A stretch of DNA of 64,000 nt, from contig OX597816.1 in the NCBI GenBank assembly GCA_951406725.2, forward strand, positions 23,746,001 through 23,810,000, written 5' to 3'. The translations under genes were made by a program, and so were the position numbers. The notes below the pieces were generated by a model that did no database searches, was not told the DNA's origin, and saw nothing but the letters and a program-made list of their open reading frames with translations. Origin of the DNA: Octopus vulgaris (lineage: Eukaryota). Below, piece by piece: positions 55,014 through 64,000 of this stretch. The first letter of the stretch is position 1; each line of letters opens with the position of its first letter.

Positions 55014-55670
55014 AGTTGTTGTTGTTGTTTTAGCTGCTGTAGTAGTTGTTATTGTTGCTGTCTTAGTATTATTTAAATTTCAAACAAAAAAAAAACTACT
55101 CCTTAATGTAGTTATTGATGTCTTAGCTTGTTTGGTTTCATTCTAGCTATTTCATATTTCCTCCTAGCTTTTTATTTCTATTTTTAATTAAATAGATTTT
55201 TACATGACCAATTGTCTTCCATTTCTGTTTTACTTCTTCTCCTTCTTCTTTAAGCAATAACGAAAACTTTAAATTTGGAATATTCAAGCAGCAGCGCTAT
55301 AAGATTTGGCTCAAATTATTTTGTTTCTTACGCTGTCGTCATCGAGTTTTGTTTATTTCCTTTCACTTTTCCTTTCTTTTCTTAGTTTCTCAAATCAGAT
55401 ATTATACCATAGAACCTAAGAATTCTGTTTTCAAAGATATCCATCTGATCTGTAACCATCAATAAACCTGCTGCTGTTATGATAAAGACCCAACTGAACG
55501 ATAATTAGTATAGCAACATCTTTCCTTCTAATGATGAATAACGGTTTGTTTCAACAATAGCCGAAACACATGAAGAAAGATCCGCCTTTTCCAATATAAC
55601 CTTGAAGCTTGGAATTCGATACTCTCGCTTTATTTTCATTTGTTCTCTCTTTCTTTCTTTCTGTTTTCTT

Positions 55671-55705
<35 letters not shown>

Positions 55706-55865
55706 TTGCATTCTATTTTCATTTTTTCCTCCAATTACATATTTACAAACTCCATCCTAGCATATTTGGCATTTATTTGCATCATTACACATATTTATCG
55801 CAGAAATACATTTTCAAATATAAATAAACATTCTTTTTCTTTCTAGATCTTTCTCTCTCCCTCTC

Positions 55866-55918
<53 letters not shown>

Positions 55919-56400
55919 CTATCTCTCTTTCTCTGTTTCCTTCCATCCATGTCTCGCTTTTTATCTCTCAATTTCTTTCTCACCATCTCACTCTTTCTCT
56001 TTGCGTTTCACTACACGCTCTCTCTCTCTCTCTCCATATATATATATATATATATGTATATATATCCTTAAATAAATACACGAATGAATCATGAAACAAA
56101 GCGTCGTTTAAATGAAAACAACAACAATAACAATAACATTTTCTTTAACAGCCACAAGGGCAACACAAACGACATGACATTACAACAAAATATAATTCCG
56201 AGCGACACGAATAAGATTCTAATATTTGAAAATACAATGGTTCGCATACACACAAGTGCATAACACTAGGCTCAAACAGCTGCAAGCAGACATATATATA
56301 TATATATACTTATACATACACGCATACAATCAAAAATACAAGCACATTTAGACATGCATATATAAATATATACGTACATATGTACATGGAAACATTGTAT

Positions 56401-57560
<1,160 letters not shown>

Positions 57561-57819
57561 ATAATGACGACTTTCATAATGATTATGATAAGTTGTAAAG
57601 CGAAAACGCCATATTTATAATGGAAATTGAAACAGTTTTACACCATCTCCAACATCGCACACGCACACACATACACACACACACAAACACACATATACAC
57701 ATACACAAAATATTTAAGTAAATGAGTTATAAATTCATACATATTTATTCATTACTGACAGATTGTATATTTTATATAATAGTATTTACGTGTTTATCAA
57801 AATATACATATGTGCATAC

Positions 57820-57858
<39 letters not shown>

Positions 57859-58080
57859 TATATGTATATATATACTAATCTATGTATATATATTTATATT
57901 AATACAAATATATATACATATGCATATATATGTATATATTAGTATATGTATATATATTTATATTGATATAAATATATATGCATATGTATATATATATATA
58001 TATTAATATATGTATGAATATATATATATATTAATACAAATATGTTTATACATATGTATATTATATATATTGATATATGT

Positions 58081-58141
<61 letters not shown>

Positions 58142-58168
58142 CAGATATATATATATATAAACATATAC

Positions 58169-58215
<47 letters not shown>

Positions 58216-58831
58216 TTTGTTTGTTTGTTTGTTAAGGTATTATTCAGTAAGTTCTCATCACAATACGTGTTATGAATTTTGTTCAGACAATAAACATTTT
58301 TTTCTTATATTAAAAGCTCCGAGGACAAGGTATGGCATCCATTTGCATATTTTCCATTTCATTATTATTACTTTTAATAATAACAATAATAATATTAATA
58401 ATAATCCTTTCTGCTATAGGCACAAGGCTGGCATTTGATGGGAGGGGAAAAATTGATTATATCTTTGACCATCATCCATCTTTTTTCTCCACACGTGTTC
58501 ATTTTTCCTTTCTTCTGGTCTGACCAGACATATTCTTGTCTGTCTCCTCTCCTATCTTTTCTCCTGTCAAAGAATGTTCCTCAGCGTTCGCCACCTTACC
58601 ACGTCTGGCTTAGCAGCCCTCACTATTTATTTCACTGTCCTGTTTTTGTTACTAGCTTTGCCTCTCCGCAAAATCCCAAATTTTATTTTGGAGCAACTGT
58701 TTTCTCGAAGGCACATATTGTCGTGAACATACGAATACATCTGAAATGTTGTGCATACTTGTGTTATACTAATTGCATAATGTATCAAAATACTAGCTAC
58801 ACCACCACCAACTACTACTATTCTTACCGGT

Positions 58832-59145
58832 ACTCCGTCGGTTACGACGATGAGTATTCCAGTTGATTCGATCAACGGAACAGCCTGCTTGTGAGATTAA
58901 TGTGAAAGTGGCTGAGCACTCCACGGTTACGCGTACCATTAACGTAGTTCCAAGGAAGATTCAGCGTGACACAGAATGTGACAAGGCGAGCCCTTTGAAA
59001 TACAGGTACAACTCATTTTTGCCAGGTGAGTTGACTGGTGCAACGTGAAATAAAGTGTCTTGCTCAAGGACACAACGCACCGCCGAGCTTCGAACTCATG
59101 ACTTTACGATCACGAGCCGAATATCCTAACCATTAGGCCACGCAT
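58832..59145 (-). mobile_element. tRNA-derived SINE (C/D-type)
   Basis: Similar to 54175-54482. Confidence 0.8.
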
Positions 59146-59614
59146 TTTCCCCACCACCACTAACAATAGCAACATACTTTGGGACTGTCAGAAGAAAGAA
59201 TTATATAGAACTTTGAAGAAGTTCGTCAATTTGTCGAAATTAATCCTAATTGTCATTATCACCATCATCATCATCATCATCATCTTCATCATCGCTATCA
59301 TCATCATCGTCTTCATCATCACTATCATCATCGTTGTCTTCGTAATCACCATGTAATACAACAGATCAGCATGATTCTTGCTATTCAGTGATTGGCTCTT
59401 ATCTTGTTATATGAAACAGAAATAATTATTAAAAGAGACATCGACCGTAGTATATACAGCGACAAAGATTTTGCAACTAATGAAGCTGTTTGGATTTCAC
59501 ACAGAATTTCACTAATGACTTCGCCTGATAAGTACGTATTATTAATACAACTGAACTTGCAAAATGGTTTAATAAACAGAGCGACAATTTCACTTGGATG
59601 ATGACGTTGATGAC

Positions 59615-59662
<48 letters not shown>

Positions 59663-59862
59663 GACGACGACGACGATGGTGGTGGTGGTGGTGATTACAT
59701 AAGCTTGCATAATTCGACAGACTGCGATAATGCAGATGGTAACTGCATTCTTAGTAGAAACATATTGCATGTTCCTATATTCAGATATTGTCGTACACAA
59801 ACGCGCGCTTGTGCATGAATACAGTATAGTACAACCTTAGACTCATACATACGTACTAATAT

Positions 59863-60258
59863 AGGAGTGGCTGTGTGATAAGTAGCTTGCTAACCAACCA
59901 CAAGGTTCCGGGTTCAGTCCCACTGCGTGGCATCTTGGGCAAGTGTCTTCTGCTATAGCCCCGGGCCGACCAATGCCTCGTGAGTGGATTTGGTAGACGG
60001 AAACTAAAAGAAACCTGTCGTATATATGTATATATATATGTGTGTGTGTATGTCTGTGTTTGTCCCCCTAGCATTGCTTGACAACCGATGCTGGTGTGTT
60101 TACGTCCCCGTCACTTAGACAATCGGCAAAAGAGACCGCTAGAATAAGTACTGGGCTTTAAAAAAAGAATAAGTCCCGGGGTCGATTTGCTCGATTAAAG
60201 GCGGTGCTCCAGCATGGCCGCAGTCAAACGACTGAAACAAGTAAAAGAATAAAAGAAT
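59863..60258 (+). mobile_element. Family A SINE
   Basis: Consensus match. Confidence 0.88.
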
Positions 60259-60722
60259 AAAACAATATATATATATATATATATATACGCTCTCAAATAT
60301 AATATCTATGTATGCAAATTCATGAGCATGTGTGTGAGGGTTGGGTAAATGTATCCGTGTGCAGATACATGTATATGTATATGTACATATATATTTATAC
60401 ACATATGTATGTAAGTTGGTAGGTAGGTAATCTTGTATGTATATGCATATCTATGTATGCCATTTCATGAGCATGTGTGTGTGAGGGGTACATGTATCAA
60501 TCCCTACAATACACCAAGATGTCTAAACCTTTGAACTTTACGTAAAACTATTATTATTATCATTACTATTATTTTTATACTTTCTAAACTTTCCTGTATA
60601 TCTCCCCTACTTGTTCGCTCTCCTGTGTAACTCTTCTGTCCGGCAATCGCCATGATAGATCGGTAACCACTACACGCATTTTCTCCCCTTGTTTCTCTCC
60701 TTGTTTTTTTTTTTCTGTGTCC

Positions 60723-60758
60723 CTTTCTGTAGAAGAGTGTAGGCTCGAAACGTAAAAG
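60723..60758 (+). ncRNA. Hammerhead-like motif with a core substitution (CUGUAGA), in an element ending at (TA)n (~60500-60845)
   Basis: CTTT-CTGTAGA-A-GAG-TGTAGG-CTC-GAAA-C-GTA-AAAG; all stems intact, A6 mutated. Confidence 0.6.
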
Positions 60759-60845
60759 ACTTTTTCAATTTCCTACTATTCTAATACATTTGTGTGTTTT
60801 ATACACCACCTGTCTTCGTCTTTTGTTTTTTTCGCGAACTTTCCC

Positions 60846-60925
<80 letters not shown>

Positions 60926-61370
60926 TGTGTGTGTGTTTATTTTTAAACACATATATGTATGTAGGTTGGTAGGTAGGTAATCTTGTATGTATATGCATGA
61001 ATACACATAGACATGCTCTTACCTTAATACAGGTACATGGGCAAATATCTGTGTGTATATTTATGTATGTACGTATGTATGTATGCATATGTCTATAAAT
61101 ATATAGATATATTTATATGTATGTGTGTATGTATTGTGTGTGTATGCAATTTTCTATGTATGTATTTATGTATGCTTGTACGTACGCGCATGATCACACG
61201 TATAGGTACATAGACATAATTCATACGGATATATGATCATTCATAACGACTCATACACATTCTTACAAACAACACAATCAAAGCTACGGCAAACAGACAC
61301 ACATGATCACGTGATATAGTATTATAAAGCGGTGATGGTGGCGACGGTGGAGAGAGTGGCAGTAGTGGAA

Positions 61371-61543
61371 GCGATGGCGGCAGCGATGGCGACAGCGATG
61401 GCGACAGCGATGGCGGCAGCGATGGCGGCAGCGATGGCGGCAGCGATGGCGGCAGCGATGGCGGCAGCGATGGCGGCAGCGATGGCGGCAGCGATGGCGG
61501 CAGCGATGGCGGCAGCGATGGCGGCAGCGATGGCGGCAGCGAT
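61371..61543. repeat. 12-bp minisatellite (GCGATGGCGGCA) x ~14
   Basis: Directly visible. Confidence 0.95.
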
Positions 61544-61972
61544 GAAGCCTACAGAAGGATTTCTTTCGTTCGACGATTGAAATTCAGTTGTTCGATCGAC
61601 TGAATAACCTGCTCCTTACAAAACTTGTCATTCCCACTGACGCGTGTACTTTTAGCATAATTCTAAAGCCAAACCAGCGTGACTTTGTGCGTATAACAAG
61701 ATTTGTCTTTTGAATCATTCGTACAATCCACCTGGTGAGATTCTACAAAGTTTCTGTCTGTTCAGTTTCGCTCTCGCTCTCAAAGTATTGGTCGACCCGA
61801 GGCTTTTATAAGTGATCTTTGACTAAGATGCCATGAAATAGGATCGAACACGCGACGTCGAGGATGCAAAGATAACTGTTTAACTATTCGGTTAGACTGC
61901 GTCTGTCTGCAGGCACAGACTTATAGACAGAAATATAGAAATATAGATAGATAGACAGATCGATAGATAGAA

Positions 61973-62011
<39 letters not shown>

Positions 62012-62043
62012 TCGATCGATCGATAGATAGATAGATAGATATA

Positions 62044-62099
<56 letters not shown>

Positions 62100-62105
62100 T
62101 CGATC

Positions 62106-62162
<57 letters not shown>

Positions 62163-62175
62163 TCAGACAGACAGT

Positions 62176-62298
<123 letters not shown>

Positions 62299-62472
62299 AG
62301 ATACATACATACATGTACGCATGCATGCATACATACATACAGCCAGACAAGCATGCATACATATACATACATTCGTGTGCGCATGCATACACACATCCAA
62401 ACATATATACATAAATACATGCATACATGCATACATCTCCGTATTCCCTTCCTTGGATCTTTCCTTTTTCTG

Positions 62473-62505
62473 TTTCTGACGAAGAGTTCCGCTCGAAACG
62501 TTAAG
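62473..62505 (+). ncRNA. Minimal hammerhead ribozyme
   Basis: TTT-CTGACGA-A-GAG-TTCCG-CTC-GAAA-C-GTT-AAG; palindrome AACGTT; flanks homologous to the insert at 34244-34455. Confidence 0.7.
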
Positions 62506-62550
62506 TCCTCCTTCTTTCTTTCCTTTCCTCAGCGTCCAAGAACACTATAC

Positions 62551-62812
62551 AGATTGCGCCTGTAATGTACGAATTATCCGGTCGATTTCTCTTTCTGTAA
62601 ATCCCAATTTATCCAGATTCTCCTTTAAGCATTTACTAACAAAACCTAGTGCTCCAACTATTATTGGTATTAATATAAATTCATAATCTGGATATAGAAG
62701 ATGGAGGTTACGAAGCAGTTGTCCATAGATATCCTCTTTTTCTTTGATTTTCAAAGAAATATATTATATCTGCAGGGCAGCTGATTCTATGATGGTACAT
62801 ACTTTTGTCCTT
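62551..62812 (-). mobile_element. R4/Dong-like RLE domain fragment (diverged subfamily) abutting (CATA)n
   Basis: Across frameshifts KVCTIIE.SCPADI..LKIKEKEDIYGQLLRNLHLLYPDYEFILIPIIVGALG, matching the RLE motif. Confidence 0.75.
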
Positions 62813-62888
62813 ATGTATGTATGTATGTATGTATGTATGTATGTATGTATGTATGTATGTATGTATGTATGTATGCATGCATGTATGT

Positions 62889-63061
62889 CAGGAGTGGCTG
62901 TGCGATAAGTAGCTTGCTAACGAACCACATGGTTCCGGGTTCAGTCCCACCTGCGTGGCACCTTGGGCTAGTGTCTTCTACTACAGCTTCGGGCCGCCCA
63001 AAGCTTTGTGAGTGGATTTGGTAGACGGAAACTGAAAGAAGCCCGTCGTATATATATGTGT

Positions 63062-63147
<86 letters not shown>

Positions 63148-63300
63148 TACGTCTCCGTCGCTTAGCGGTTCGGCAGAAAGAGACCTATAGAATAAGTACT
63201 AGGCTTACAAAGAATAAGTCCTGGGGTCGATTTGCTTGACTAAAGGCGGTGCTCCAGCATGGCCGCAGTCAAATGACTGAAACATATAAAGGAATAAAAG
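62889..63300 (+). mobile_element. Family A SINE
   Basis: Consensus match. Confidence 0.85.
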
Positions 63301-64000
63301 AAAAAAGAAAATATGTATGTATGCATGTATGTTTGTATGCAAGAAAGTTAAAACTTAGTGCGCAAGCACAGCAGAGTTCAAGGTCAATCTGTACCGAGCG
63401 GCTTTACTCTGAGTGCTTTAGCTTCGTTACTATGGCAACAGTCCGGATACTTATTGATCTGACCACGTACGCATTTATATACGTTGCGTAATTTTTACTG
63501 TTAATCTAAGTCACGATATTGTTGTGGCCATTGTTGCCGCTGCTATTGTTGTTGTTGTTATGTGAGTATTTTTGACAGAGAGAGAGAGAACGAGAGAGAG
63601 GGGGAGACAGAGAGGGAGAGAAAATTAGTGTATATTCTATGTCTGTTTCAACATTGTGAAGCGCTATTACATTTGCTTACATCGTTAATCGTCAGTTTTT
63701 TTAATGGCGGTGATGGGAAGGAATTGCTTATAGGATAGATATGCTGTTTATTAATGTTTTTCCTGTCTAGTTTTGCTTTGTGTTATGTTATGCAATGCGT
63801 TGCGATTATTCCATTTCGAAAATACATGCTGAGCCGGGGGAAAAGCTTAGTAGCTTTAAAGCCAATATAACAGAGGGAGTCGAAAAGTTTACAAATTTTA
63901 CGTTCGCAATTAAATTTGCAAACTACGTCGGGAGTTTAATCATAGGCTTACAGGTTTGGGTTTATAATAGATGAGGGAAGTTTTAAATTTTAATGTTTTG

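Noticed and set aside
61332-61580. (MAAA)n protein
   Set aside because: 12-bp minisatellite with no splice or coding context
63780-63974. 64-aa ORF near the window end
   Set aside because: No recognisable domain and no supported exon boundaries

Overview
AT-rich eukaryotic non-coding DNA, very probably an octopod cephalopod (inferred from the SINE families and extreme microsatellite density). It is probably intronic and I see no intact host ORF; nearly all listed ORFs are microsatellite translation artefacts. The window is a mosaic of tRNA-derived SINEs (at least 3-4 families), non-autonomous Helitrons, a MITE, R4/Dong-like and RTE-like LINE 3' ends, a 5S rRNA pseudogene and one young Penelope-like element (RT thumb plus GIY-YIG) with 663-bp inverted arms. 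Main hunt result: about 11 minimal type-I hammerhead ribozyme (HHR) motifs from at least 6 unrelated sequence families. Almost all sit in short elements inserted in (TA)n tracts, often the internal (TA)n of one SINE family. Two are head-to-tail HHR dimers (430-nt and 355-nt monomers, retrozyme-like), and one of these has a compensatory U3:A8 catalytic-core variant. Second result: an old local duplication preserving two candidate 9-nt microexons on the minus strand. All coordinates were read by eye and may be off by a few bases. No database searches were run.
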